Of a stretch of 64,000 nucleotides of DNA, positions 1-10,862 are shown in pieces. Every line of letters begins with the position of its first letter. The first letter of the stretch is position 1. The stretch spans positions 389,112,001 through 389,176,000 of the forward strand of contig OZ024740.1 of NCBI GenBank assembly GCA_964016885.1, in the 5' to 3' direction. The translations under genes and the position numbers were made by a program. Origin of the DNA: Eledone cirrhosa (taxonomy: Eukaryota). The notes beneath the pieces were generated by a model that saw nothing but the letters and a program-made list of their open reading frames with translations, had not been told where the DNA came from and did no database searches.

Positions 1-167
1 ATATACTATTATATTTTCACGATAAAGGCTTTACCTCACATATTATCAAATCTATGAGATACTGATATTATTTATTTTGATACCTTAACATCAGTATTAG
101 TGGTCAGTTACTGCCAGTTTGAACAGAAAGGGGTGAGAGAATTCTGGCCAGAATGCTAAAGGGTTAA
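1..167 (-). mobile_element. Terminus of non-autonomous piggyBac-like DNA element (same family at 31464-31985 and 55200-55342)
   Basis: Ends in AAAGGG|TTAA. The reverse complement matches the sequence beginning TTAA|CCCTTTAGCATT at 31464. Confidence 0.55.
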
Positions 168-1046
168 TACTATGTATAGAATACCTAAATTATGTAAGAA
201 AAAAAATTTATTTTCAAGCTTATTTAAATAATTATATTTTCGTGCGTGCGTGCGTGTGTGCGTTTATAAAACTACATTTCTAATGACTTTTTCAAATGTA
301 TACACAATGATAGAGAAAATCAAATCAAAACCAGGATCAAGTCCAAATAACACCATATAGACATACACAAAATCATGTCATTTTATGTATTCTTACTTTT
401 ATTGTATTATATATAAAGAATATAGGATTGAACAAATAAAATCAAAGTAAACAAAATAGTTCCTAAAGAACTGGAGTGGTTTCTGCAACACCCAGCTTGT
501 TATGGTGGCTGCATAGATTATGAAAGAAAATATTGTGCAATAATAGATTAACATGACATCCTGAGTTACCCACCTCACTTCTCTAAACCACTCACTTCCT
601 TACTCAGTTTGATCAAGATGAAAATGGCCATCTGCAAGATCGAGCCCCACCAGCTCTTTCAGTACATTGTTTCTCGCAAAGCTAGGAATTCTTTTGATTG
701 AATCCTGTGGTTGGATTAAGAAATTATACACACATGCATGCATGTATGTGTATGTATCCCAGACCCCCTATCTTCTCCATCTATCTATATATATATATAT
801 GTATATACATCTTCAACACAACAGACCAGTTTGAAAATCACACTGAATGCAAGAAAGTTCTACAGACAGTTAACAAGGACTTACTAGAATTAATATCCAT
901 AAAGACTTAAATTATAGGGAAAATCGGACGTAAAATGATGATGATGAAAAAACATGAACCACCAGAAGTCATTCTTCCCCTTTTCTTCAAATTTATATAT
1001 ATATAGTAATAATAATAAATGTGAAGATAATAATATTAATAATAAA

Positions 1047-1402
1047 TTGGCCTTGCAATCGAAAGGTTGTGAGTTCAATTCTCAGACCGGGTGATGCATT
1101 GTTTCCTTGAGCAAGACAATTTATTTCACATTGCTTCAGTTTACTCAGGTGTAGAAATGAGATGATAGGACTGGGGTCCCTATCATTCCACTGCAAAGTG
1201 GTCGTGGAGGTGCCACGGCAAAAAAGCATCCAGCCCACACTGTAAATTGGACGTGTAGGTGCCACGGAAAAAAAGCACCCAGCACTCACTGTAAATGAGA
1301 TTGGTGATAGGAAGGGCATCCAGCTGTAGAAATCAAGTCCGAATCAGTTCCCGTCCCACCCTTGCAAGCAGGGGAAAGCGGCGTAAAATGATGATGATGA
1401 TG
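1047..1402 (+). mobile_element. tRNA-derived CORE-type SINE head joined to RTE 3' UTR and (GAT)n tail
   Basis: B-box-like GAGTTCAATTC and CORE-like CCTTGAGCAAGACAATTTATTTCACATTGCTTCAGTTT, followed by RTE-UTR motifs (cactgtaaat, ggaagggcatccagctgtagaaa) and gatgatgatgat. Confidence 0.7.
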
Positions 1403-1501
1403 TGAAGACTAAAATCCAAAGATTATATATATATATATGTCCCAAGGCTCTGATACCATCACCACCATAAACACAGAGCTGGCATATCTAAGAACTGACT
1501 A

Positions 1502-1557
1502 ACTGACTGATGAGGTCATAGCCATTCAATGGCTATCATCGAAATATATATAGCAGT
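1502..1557 (+). ncRNA. Minimal type I hammerhead ribozyme motif (Penelope type)
   Basis: actga-CTGATGA-stem II (ggtcatagccat/atggctatcatc)-GAAA-palindromic tatata-TA-gcagt, followed by AATAAA. Confidence 0.65.
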
Positions 1558-3139
1558 AAATAAAGGATTATGAATTCATGCAATTGACTTATGTTTCGTC
1601 ACTATATATATATATATATATATATAGATATGATGGAATATATATATAGATATATAGAGATATAGATATAGATATATAGATATAGATATAGATATATATA
1701 GATATATATAGAGAGAGAGATGTATGTACGGGTGTCTGTGTGTATGGTTGTATATGGGTGTATAGATATGTATATATGTATATATTAACATATCTGTGTA
1801 TATATGCTTGTATTGAATGTGTGTTCATACATATATATATTTATATATGGGGCAGTACATAAGTGGGTATATGTATGGATTTATTTATAAAAGTTTAGGT
1901 GTGTATATGTATGTGCGTGTATATATATGTCTCATTGTGCTGGATGTTTTGAGTTAATAGGGTTGTATTCAAATGTATACTTAGGTATATTTATCATGAA
2001 TGTGCGTTTTCTATTAATCATATTGGCTTGTTGATGTATTCAAATAGATCTAAAATCTTATATGGTATTTATTCCCTTTGCTTCTAAATCTTTCAAATCT
2101 TATTATGGCCACTACTAGTTATCTCCCTTTAAATGAAAACTTTGCCTTCATAATTTTTTTTTAAATACACTTGACAGATAGCATTCCTTTAGTGGCGTAA
2201 TAAATAGCGTAATAAATATCCGTCATTTTTTTTTTTTTTTTTTCGCTAGTAATAGTAAGCACTTGGTTAAGTCAATGATGAACTTCACTTCATTCTTTGT
2301 AGTATGGAAATTGACTTCAGTTATGTTCTGTTTAATTGAATATCATTTTTAAATGCCTCTGGAGAAAGAGTAATATATCATTATTTTTGGTATTTTTTAT
2401 GTGTTTATTTTCCGTTTATACAAGTTAGTGTTTATTTTCCGTTATGTGTTTATTTTCCGTTTATACAAGTTAGTAAAATCATCAGTGACCACCTGTATAA
2501 TGCATACCCTTATATTACTCTGGAAACATGCGTAGGGTATTAGAAAAGTTTTAAAACTCTTTTTCCATCTCTATTTTTGCTTATATATGCTCTGTGTTAA
2601 TGTCTGTCTTTCCAAACCTTGTCATTCCCTAAATAATTTCCTTTTTCTTCAGATATATAATATATAAATACACTGAGGTATTTCTGAAACTATTTGACAT
2701 TTATATACTATCATGTATAATTCTCCACACACGATTTTTTTCACCTTTGCTATTTAGGTGGTGCTATTAGATTTGGCCTGGGTCAATACTGGCTGAAACC
2801 TATCAAAGTTTTGTATATATATATATATTTACACTATATATATATACACACATACGCACACACACACATACATGTAAAATATCTTAAACAGTTACCGATG
2901 GGTAGATTCCCAGTAAAGTGATCTAAAACAGGAAACCTTCACAAGCATCTTTCCCTAAAGCAACCTAAAAGTAGTATACATGTGTGTGTGTGTGTGTTAT
3001 TTAGTTATTCTAAAAAAATATTAGTCTCCTAATTTTTTCATAGCAAGATTGCATTCTTCCTGCTTCACCTAATGACATAATTTTCCTTCCATACATTTCA
3101 CTCATTATGCTACCATTATGTTTTTTATTTTCTCAAGTA

Positions 3140-3560
3140 TGCCCTGGAAGGAATGGGCTACAAACACAAAAATATTATTCCCAGAGACAAGAAAATCCAT
3201 GAGACAGAGAACGAAAATCTCAAACCAGCTCACTGACTGCAGACTTCCAGTGATAAGTGAGGTACTGAATGAGAAATATAAAAGTCTTCACACCTCCAAT
3301 GAGATACACGCAAATAACCCATGTTATTATGACCTCACATATCAGCAAAATCAGGGAACAAATCATCAGAAGGAAACTGATCACTTTTCTCAAGGAAAAT
3401 GATCTTCTGACACTCAACATGGCTTTTGCCCAGGTAGAAGTTATCTTACGCAGCTCTTATAGCATTATAACTGGATACTCAGACAGCTGTTAGACCGTTT
3501 GAACATAGAAGTGATATATCTCGACTTTGCAAAGGCCTTCAACAAGGTTGATCATGACTT
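3140..3560 (+). mobile_element. CR1/L2-type LINE RT fragment (decayed)
   Basis: TSHISKIREQII...TQHGFCPGRSYLTQLL...VIYLDFAKAFNKVDH read across frameshifts. Confidence 0.8.
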
Positions 3561-4084
3561 CTTAAAAGACAGAAGGGTCCTCTCAAAGTAAATGTCAATA
3601 ACTAGCAGTTGCCCTGGGGAACCATCTTATCATTATCATCATCAACATCCATTTTTCCATGCTAGCATGGATTAGACAAGGAACATATATATATATATAT
3701 ATCCACCCTTGCAAGCAGGGAAACGCGGACGTAAAATGATGATGATGATGATGATATATATACATACATACAAACACACATACATACATTTACACACACA
3801 CACATATATACACACACTTACACATGCATATATATATATAATGTTAAGTATTTCCGTAGAAAAGATAAAGGAAAGAAAAGTTTTCTTGGGCAATATCAGA
3901 CGTTTCTGTTAGAATCGTCTAACTTCGCAAAACCTTGGGTAATTGAATAACTATATTGTGTTGTTTATTACATAATTATATATATATATATATATATATA
4001 TACATACATACATTTTTTAAAGCTCCACACCCCCATTATAGAAACGTTGCCGTCCTCTCTTTTCACTTCAGCTGGTAATAGCAA

Positions 4085-4168
<84 letters not shown>

Positions 4169-4172
<4 letters not shown>

Positions 4173-7100
4173 TCATCATCATCATCATCAACGTTTAACG
4201 TCCGTGTTCCACGCTTGCATGGGTTTGGACGGGGGTAGTCCCACTTGAGGCAAGAGTGATTGTCTTGCTCGCATAGGACTGTCTGGCAGGTTTTCTACAG
4301 TTGGATGCCCTTCCTAACACCAACCACATTTACAGTGTGGGTCTGGGAGGTTTTTACCGTGTTGCCTACACGGCCACATTACAGCGTGGACTGTGTGTTT
4401 TTTTGTCGTGACACCTACACGATCTCATTTGTTTCGGCCTGGATGGCGCGGCACCAACATAACTTTACATAGAACGGGTGGTGTGGATGGGGTGGGGGTG
4501 GTGGCGGGACGGGGTGTATTTTGTTAGAGATGCCTACTGGCAAGGCGGATCTTCTCTGTTACTGAGTACCGCCAAAGGTCTCGGTCCAGTGACATTGTCT
4601 TGGAGAGGTGTAAGTGTGTGAGGTCGGAGTTTATCAGCTCGTCCCAGGTTTTTCTAGGTCTGCCTATTCCGTGGCTACCGTCTATCTTTATTGCCCTGCA
4701 CTTTGTTATACAGCTATCGACTTTCATGCGCATCACGTGTCCATACCAACGTAGCCTTCTCTCGAGTAAACAACATCTGATCCCTCTTATCTCTAATTTT
4801 TTCCTTAGTTCGTTTATGCTTTGCCGTTCACGTATATTACTGTTACACATCCAGCGGAGCATGCAAGCTTCGTTCCTCTCTAGTCTGCGTATATCCTCTG
4901 CACACAATGCCCAGGTCTCACTGCCATGCAACATTGCTGTTCGTATGCAGGCATCGTACAACCTGCCTTTCATTTTTAGGGAGAACCCTTTAGCAGCTAA
5001 TAGTGGTATAAGCTCTCTGAACTTTTTCCAACCAGTTCTGACTCTAGCTACAGTACTTTCAGAGCACCCTCCCCCACTGCTGATTTTATCGCCCAGGTAA
5101 CGGAAGCTGTCCACTATTTCTATAGAACCCTCTGCGCAATTGAAAGAGCTAGTATTTTGTGGGCACTTGCTGCTACTTATTGCACCAGAACACCGGCCAC
5201 ATGTAAAATCTATGTTCTTAGTTAGCTTACCTGTGATCCCACTACATCTTTTATGCACCCATACTTTGCATTTAGGACATAAAATGGAGTTTCTACCTAC
5301 GCCTTTCCTACACACCGAGCACGACCATTTCCCAGAAGGGACCGCCGCCTTGTTTTCTTTCCTACAAACTAGAACTTTGGTCTTAGCCAGGTTAATTTTA
5401 AGTCCTTTTGACTCTAGGCCGTGCTTCCATGTTTGGAATTTCTTCTCTAGCTCGGCCATTGATTCCGCTATGAGTGTCAGGTCGTCTGCGTATAGGAGTT
5501 CCCATGGGCAGCCTGTCTTGAACTCCTCTGTTATAGCCTGAAGGGCAATAATAAATAGTAGGGGGCTGAGAACAGAGCCCTGATGGACGCCAACTTTTAC
5601 GCTAAACTCTTCACTATATTCGTTGTTAATTCTAACCTTGCTGACTGTTTCTTTATACATGGCTTGTATAGCCCTCACAAGCCATTCGTCAACGCCTAGT
5701 TTTCTAAGAGCCCACCAGATAATGGAGCGGGGGACTCTGTCAAAGGCTTTCTCCAGGTCGACAAAAGCTAAGTAGAGGGGTTTACCTTTAGCTAGGTACT
5801 TCTCCTGTAGTTGTCGTACTATGAAAAGAGCGTCTGTGGTGCTTTTGCCTGACACAAACCCGAACTGCATTTCATCTAGGTCAATTCTCTCTCTGATTAG
5901 TTGCGCTATTACTTTTTCCGTGACCTTCATGACCTGGTCGATTAATTTAATGCCTCTATAGTTACTCCTATCTAGGGCGTCTCCTTTACCCTTATAGCAG
6001 TTAACGATGATGCTGCTATGCCAGTCCTTCGGAACAACCCCATTCTGTACGACTTGGTTAACTATGCGGGTGACCATGGTGTGTCCCACCGTGCCAGATG
6101 CCTTCAGCATCTCAGCAACTATTTCCGAAGGCCCAGCCGCCTTACCCGTCTTCATATCCTTGATTGCCTTACTTATTATACTCCCCTCGACTAACACTGC
6201 TGGTCCCTCTATTGGGTCGATATGGGGGAGACTGTCTTTCTCCCATTTATTCTCCTCATTTAGTAGCCTTTCATATTGACACTTCCAAGCTACCTTCTTA
6301 TCAGTGTCGGTGATGGCAAGTATGCCATCATCGTTAAGTACACACTTCTCCCCGACAATATCACGGTTTTCCTTGACGCATTGCCTAGCAATCCTGAACA
6401 CCTCACGTTTTTGGTCATCGCGTTGTAGAACATGCTTGAACTTTCTTTCCTCAGCTTCCCTTCTTGCTAAGTACACTTCTCTCCTAGCTTCCCTCCTGGC
6501 CACTTGATAGTCTACTCTACTTCCCCCATCCCGCCATACTTTCCAAGCCTGCTTTTTGGCCTTAATTGACCCCTCCACCTTACTGTTCCACCACCATGTT
6601 ACTCTCCTCCTGCCTACAGGCCTGCTCCAGCCACAGACTTCGTCTGTCGCCAACAGCAGGTTTGCTTTCAGAAATTCCCACTGTTCCTCTATATTGTCCG
6701 ATTCTAGATGCTCTTCCTTACTGTCGAAAGCATCAAGTAATATGCTTTGAAATTTATTTCTGGCTGTGGGGTCCTTTAGCTTCCATATTTTCCTCCTGAG
6801 GATAGTCCTCTTCTGCTTTCGAGTACGTCTCGTCCTGACTATGAGGTCGCTAATTATCAGTCTATGTTGGGAGGTGCATTCTTCATGGGGGAGGGATTTA
6901 GTGTTTACAACAGACACTCTGTCACGTCTTCTGGTAAGGATATAATCTACCTGGCTTGTGTGTTCCCCGGATCTATAGGTGATCAGGTGATTGTCACGTT
7001 TTTTGAAGTTAGTGTTACAGATAGTTAGGTTATTTGCATCACAGAATTCCAGGATTCTGGAGCCTTCCTCATTTCTAGTACCAAACCCATAGCCTCCATG

Positions 7101-7833
7101 GATTTCGTCGTAGCCGTCACAATGTTGTCCAACGTGACCATTTAGGTCGCCTGCAATAATTATATAGTCACTGTCAGATATTTGGGAGGTAGTTAGCAAC
7201 AGTGTCTCATAGAATCTGTCTTTTATAGTGCCGGGCAGTCCGGATTGGGGTGCGTACGCAGATATTACTGTCACCGTAGTTCTATTGAGGACAAGTCGTA
7301 TTTTAATTATTCTGTCGTTCACTCTATTTACGTCTATTATCTTATCTGCCCACTTTTCTGCTACCATGATTCCTACTCCACCCAGCCCATCGTCGTTTCC
7401 CACCCAGAAAAGCTTATAACATCGTTTTTTACCCTCAATGAATCTAGCAGACCCACCCCTCCACCTGGTCTCTTGAATACAACAAACATCGACCTCCTTA
7501 CGTTCAAGCATTTCTACAACCTCGTTAGCACGACCCTTTAGGGTGCCTACATTTATGGTACCAACTCTGAAGTTTTGGGTTGCGTTTGGAGGGTGGGGGC
7601 GGTGGGGGGCGGGGGGAGATAGGGTTATGTTAGCCATCCGCGGACGAAACAAAGATGAGTGCTCACATTCTCGTCCACGAGGTGAATTTGACTTTAACTT
7701 TGGCATTTTCGCTCTGAGCGTCCAGATTTTTCTCTCCCTTCCACTCTCCAGGATTCCGCAGTCCGTCCATCCATCCATCCATCCATCATATATCGAAGAC
7801 AACCGGGCAAGCGATAGTATAGGCCTCTGGCTT
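4169..7833 (-). mobile_element. Full-length RTE-clade LINE
   Basis: Single long APE-RT ORF, about 350-nt 3' UTR ending in a (GAT)n tail at 4171-4190, (TGGA)n near the 5' end, and (TA)n on both sides. Confidence 0.95.
4524..7778 (-). CDS. RTE LINE ORF: APE endonuclease plus reverse transcriptase with inserted PHD-type zinc finger (1084 aa from the first in-element ATG; alternative ATG at 7706)
   Basis: APE motifs GTINV, CIQETRW, GDLNGHVG, QVDYIL, SQHR. RT motifs YRGIKL, QFGF, FVDLEKAFDRV, GVHQGSVLSPLLF, YADD, FRYLG. C4HC3 pattern at about 5190-5321. No stops or frameshifts. Confidence 0.95.
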   Translation of the reverse strand: MDGWTDCGILESGRERKIWTLRAKMPKLKSNSPRGRECEHSSLFRPRMANITLSPPAPHRPHPPNATQNFRVGTINVGTLKGRANEVVEMLERKEVDVCCIQETRWRGGSARFIEGKKRCYKLFWVGNDDGLGGVGIMVAEKWADKIIDVNRVNDRIIKIRLVLNRTTVTVISAYAPQSGLPGTIKDRFYETLLLTTSQISDSDYIIIAGDLNGHVGQHCDGYDEIHGGYGFGTRNEEGSRILEFCDANNLTICNTNFKKRDNHLITYRSGEHTSQVDYILTRRRDRVSVVNTKSLPHEECTSQHRLIISDLIVRTRRTRKQKRTILRRKIWKLKDPTARNKFQSILLDAFDSKEEHLESDNIEEQWEFLKANLLLATDEVCGWSRPVGRRRVTWWWNSKVEGSIKAKKQAWKVWRDGGSRVDYQVARREARREVYLARREAEERKFKHVLQRDDQKREVFRIARQCVKENRDIVGEKCVLNDDGILAITDTDKKVAWKCQYERLLNEENKWEKDSLPHIDPIEGPAVLVEGSIISKAIKDMKTGKAAGPSEIVAEMLKASGTVGHTMVTRIVNQVVQNGVVPKDWHSSIIVNCYKGKGDALDRSNYRGIKLIDQVMKVTEKVIAQLIRERIDLDEMQFGFVSGKSTTDALFIVRQLQEKYLAKGKPLYLAFVDLEKAFDRVPRSIIWWALRKLGVDEWLVRAIQAMYKETVSKVRINNEYSEEFSVKVGVHQGSVLSPLLFIIALQAITEEFKTGCPWELLYADDLTLIAESMAELEKKFQTWKHGLESKGLKINLAKTKVLVCRKENKAAVPSGKWSCSVCRKGVGRNSILCPKCKVWVHKRCSGITGKLTKNIDFTCGRCSGAISSSKCPQNTSSFNCAEGSIEIVDSFRYLGDKISSGGGCSESTVARVRTGWKKFRELIPLLAAKGFSLKMKGRLYDACIRTAMLHGSETWALCAEDIRRLERNEACMLRWMCNSNIRERQSINELRKKLEIRGIRCCLLERRLRWYGHVMRMKVDSCITKCRAIKIDGSHGIGRPRKTWDELINSDLTHLHLSKTMSLDRDLWRYSVTEKIRLASRHL

Positions 7834-7935
7834 ATGTATATATATATATATATATATAATTTCAAAGGGGTATATGTATATAATTAGAAAGAGGAAATAC
7901 TGTATATATTTTATCTAATAGTTCTTCAAACTTAC

Positions 7936-7980
<45 letters not shown>

Positions 7981-7984
<4 letters not shown>

Positions 7985-9070
7985 ACCCACCTACAGGCTT
8001 CAAAAGCTTCGTGAAAAATATCGCCACTACTAGAATCTCTAACTGTTCTTCTAATAAGGCTATCTTTGGCAGAGCGGCACACTATTACATGGCATTAGCT
8101 AACAGTGGCTTATCACAACCAATTGCTTACTACCCTCCTAACGTCAACACCAGTAAAAAAAGAAGTCATGAAAATAAAAGAATAATTTGGTTCTTCCCCC
8201 TTTCTCACTCAATATTAAAACTAATGTAGGTAAAAGATTCTTAGCTCTCCTAGATAAGCATTTCCTCAAAGGTTATAAATACCGTTCTATCTGTAACTGA
8301 CATAGGGTGAAACTCGGCTACTCCTGTGCTAAAAATATGAAGGCCCACATCACCACCAACCCTAAGAGCACAACACCGCCTGGATGCTCTTGCCGAAGGC
8401 CAGACGCTTGTCCCCCTCAGTAACAGTACAACACACCCACTGTAATTTATGAAGCTGTAGTCACTTCCAACCGACCAAATCAACAACAAGAGGTCAAATC
8501 CTATGTAGGTATGGCAGAGGGCCAGTTTAAAGAACACTTCCTAAATCATCTGTCGACATTTAGACCCCCGGAAAAACGATCATCTATGAAGCTCACAAGC
8601 CAAATATGGTCCCTGAAGGATGCAGGCGTGGATTACTCCATCCAATGGACAGATATAAACAAGTCTAGGCCATACGAAAATGGGAATTTGTCTTGTGGGC
8701 TGGGCATTGAAGAAAGAATCAATATCTTGGAGATTACATAATAGCACTTGTCTAAACATGAGATCTGAATTCTATTCACGCTGTCCCCACATGGCAAAAC
8801 ACCTAATATGAAATTTTAAATCCCCCCACTAGCTATCGGATATAACACCCTTAGCTTTGGTACCCTGAATAATCTATTGTATTCTGATCTTTCTCAGACG
8901 CCTCTCACATCGATCTAACATGAGTTGCTCCCCTTTGAGAATATCTTCTGTGCATGTTAATTTGTGACATCGTCTTCCTTTTCTGTGTTATCTCTTTTGA
9001 ACAAAGGTGATGGTCCGTTTGAGGTGAAACAAATTGTTCTCGGAAATGGTGTACTAACTGTTATAGAACT
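7981..9070 (+). mobile_element. Penelope-like element 3' portion: Cys-rich linker and GIY-YIG endonuclease (decayed)
   Basis: KRIIWF...KTNVGKRFLALLDKHF...VKLGYSC, CSCRRPDACPL, VIYEAVV...YVGMAEGQFKEHFLNHLSTF...IWSLKD...LNMRSEFYSRCPH. Confidence 0.85.
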
Positions 9071-9071
9071 A

Positions 9072-9121
<50 letters not shown>

Positions 9122-9284
9122 ATATGTTGAAAAGGTAACACACTAGAGAGAGATAGAGTGCAGTATCAATAAAACAGGGAAAAACCACCAGTGTATGGAA
9201 TCTATAACCTATGAAAGGCAGACTAAAGACACGATAATTAAAAATATAAATTAAAGCGTAAATAAATACCTCTATAACTATATA

Positions 9285-9366
9285 ACACACGTACAAATCC
9301 AAAGAGATCTGTTTCGCCAGTAAGTTGTTGACAGAAATGAAATAATTCTGGTTCTTCAGCGTGTGT
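9285..9366 (-). ncRNA. Type I hammerhead ribozyme, mirror copy on the same strand as the rhomboid gene
   Basis: Same architecture on the minus strand. The core-proximal stem II pair is A-C (accag/ctggc). Cut between 9292 and 9291. Confidence 0.8.
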
Positions 9367-9914
9367 AAGGCTATACATTTCAGACAACACTAAGAGAATT
9401 TTAAAGTGACTGTCCAGCTACACGTGGGAGGAAGAAGTCACAGCGTGTTTAAGGGCAGTGAACCAGTGGCCTCTGAGGGACGAGCTGCTAGAAATGGCAG
9501 CCCAAAACCACTCAGAGAAGTGTGCTCAACCAAACAGAGAGAGAGGAAAGACTGTTATAAGGAGCGAAATATCACGATAAATTAACGGAGCATTAGACTC
9601 TCGCCATTCCCTGTAAATAATGTGCTCAAAGGAGAGGAAATCCTGAGCTCTTTAAAATACAATATGTTGAAAAGGTAACACACTAGAGAGAGATACAGTG
9701 CGCTATCAATATTTCGCTCTTTATAACAGTCTTTCCTCTCTCTCTGTTTGGTTGAGCACACTTCTCTGAGTGGTTTGGGGCTACCCTTTCTAGCAGTTCG
9801 TCCCTCTGAGGCCTCTGGTTCACTGCCCTTAAATAAGCTGTGACTTCTCTCTCCCACGTGTAGCTGGACAGTCACTTTAAAATTCTCTTAGTGTTGTCTG
9901 AAATGTATAGCCTT

Positions 9915-9996
9915 ACACACGCTGAAGAACCAGGGTTATTCCATTTCTGTCAACAACTTACTGGTGAAACAGATCTCTTTGGATTTGTACGTGTGT
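9915..9996 (+). ncRNA. Type I hammerhead ribozyme, complete
   Basis: Stem I acacacg/cgtgtgt, CTGAAGA, stem II accag/ctggt, GAAA, stem III cagatc/gatttg, GUA cleavage triplet (cut after 9989). Confidence 0.88.
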
Positions 9997-10249
9997 TATA
10001 TAGTTATAGAGGTATTTATTTACGCTTTAATTTATATTTTTAATTATCGTGTCTATAGTCTGTCTTTCATAGGTTATAGATTCCATACACTGGTGGGTTT
10101 TTCCCTGTTTTATTGATACTGCACTCTATCTCTCTCTAGTGTGTTACCTTTTCAACATATTGTATTTTAAAGAGCTCAGGATTTCCTCTCCTTTGAGCAC
10201 ATTATTTACAGGGAATGGCGAGAGTCTAATGCTCCGTTAATTTGTTGTG

Positions 10250-10340
<91 letters not shown>

Positions 10341-10620
10341 ACCTTTCACTACATTCTCCACATCCAGTATATAATTTATGTATATAATTTTGGAAAAATA
10401 TTTCTTTTTTAAATAAACAAAATTAACGAAGCCAACACTCCTGTAGGGGTGTTGCATCAACACAAATGACCCACCAGTGAGGAGCAGGTTAGTTGCTTCA
10501 AACTCTTGTCAAGTCTAAAACTCAAACAAAAAGTTAGAAATAGTCAAAGTAAACAAAAATATTACAAACTTTACGGAGCCAATGTGAAGTATGGCTTCTA
10601 TCTCAGTAGTCAATAATAAT

Positions 10621-10784
10621 AATAATTGTTTCAACTTTTGGAACAAGGCAAGCAATTTCCCCACTGCATTACTGGTACTTTATTTTCTCAATCCTGTGAG
10701 GATGAAAGGCAAAGTTAACTGCAGTGGGATTTGAACTCAAACGGTAAAGAGCCATAACTCTATGTTGCAAAGCTTGTTGTCTGA
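10621..10784 (-). mobile_element. Meta-core tRNA SINE
   Basis: Reverse complement of GAGTTCAAATCCC...TTAACTTTGCCTTTCATCC...AAGTACCAGTAATGCA...GAAACAATTATT. Confidence 0.8.
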
Positions 10785-10862
10785 TAAGAGAGAAAAATGT
10801 CCGTTACTCTTACCAGATGGCTTTAAAGACTAGATCCAGATTAGAGAAGCATTCATACTTAC

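Larger units (their letters stand above)
9118..10250. repeat. Partial-tandem plus inverted pseudo-LTR structure (Penelope type)
   Basis: 9118-9572 is the reverse complement of 9709-10164. Spacer 9573-9708 is also mirrored at about 10111-10250 and repeats 9118-9170 directly. Each arm carries a hammerhead. Confidence 0.9.

Noticed and set aside
2890-2966. Candidate last rhomboid exon (ttttag|GTTGCTTTAGGG...)
   Set aside because: In the required phase it gives GCFRERCL*, with no similarity to the expected TM segments.
7590-7625. G-quadruplex-like G runs (also 4485-4515 and 11905-12075)
   Set aside because: They lie within retroelements and are on the antisense strand of their RNAs; nothing in the sequence supports a function.
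7779-7865. N-terminal extension [13 protein letters not shown]... of the 1113-aa ORF
   Set aside because: It starts at a non-ATG codon outside the element and runs through the flanking (TA)n.
4600-7887. Plus-strand ORFs overlapping the RTE
   Set aside because: Antisense shadows of the RTE ORF with no recognisable domains.
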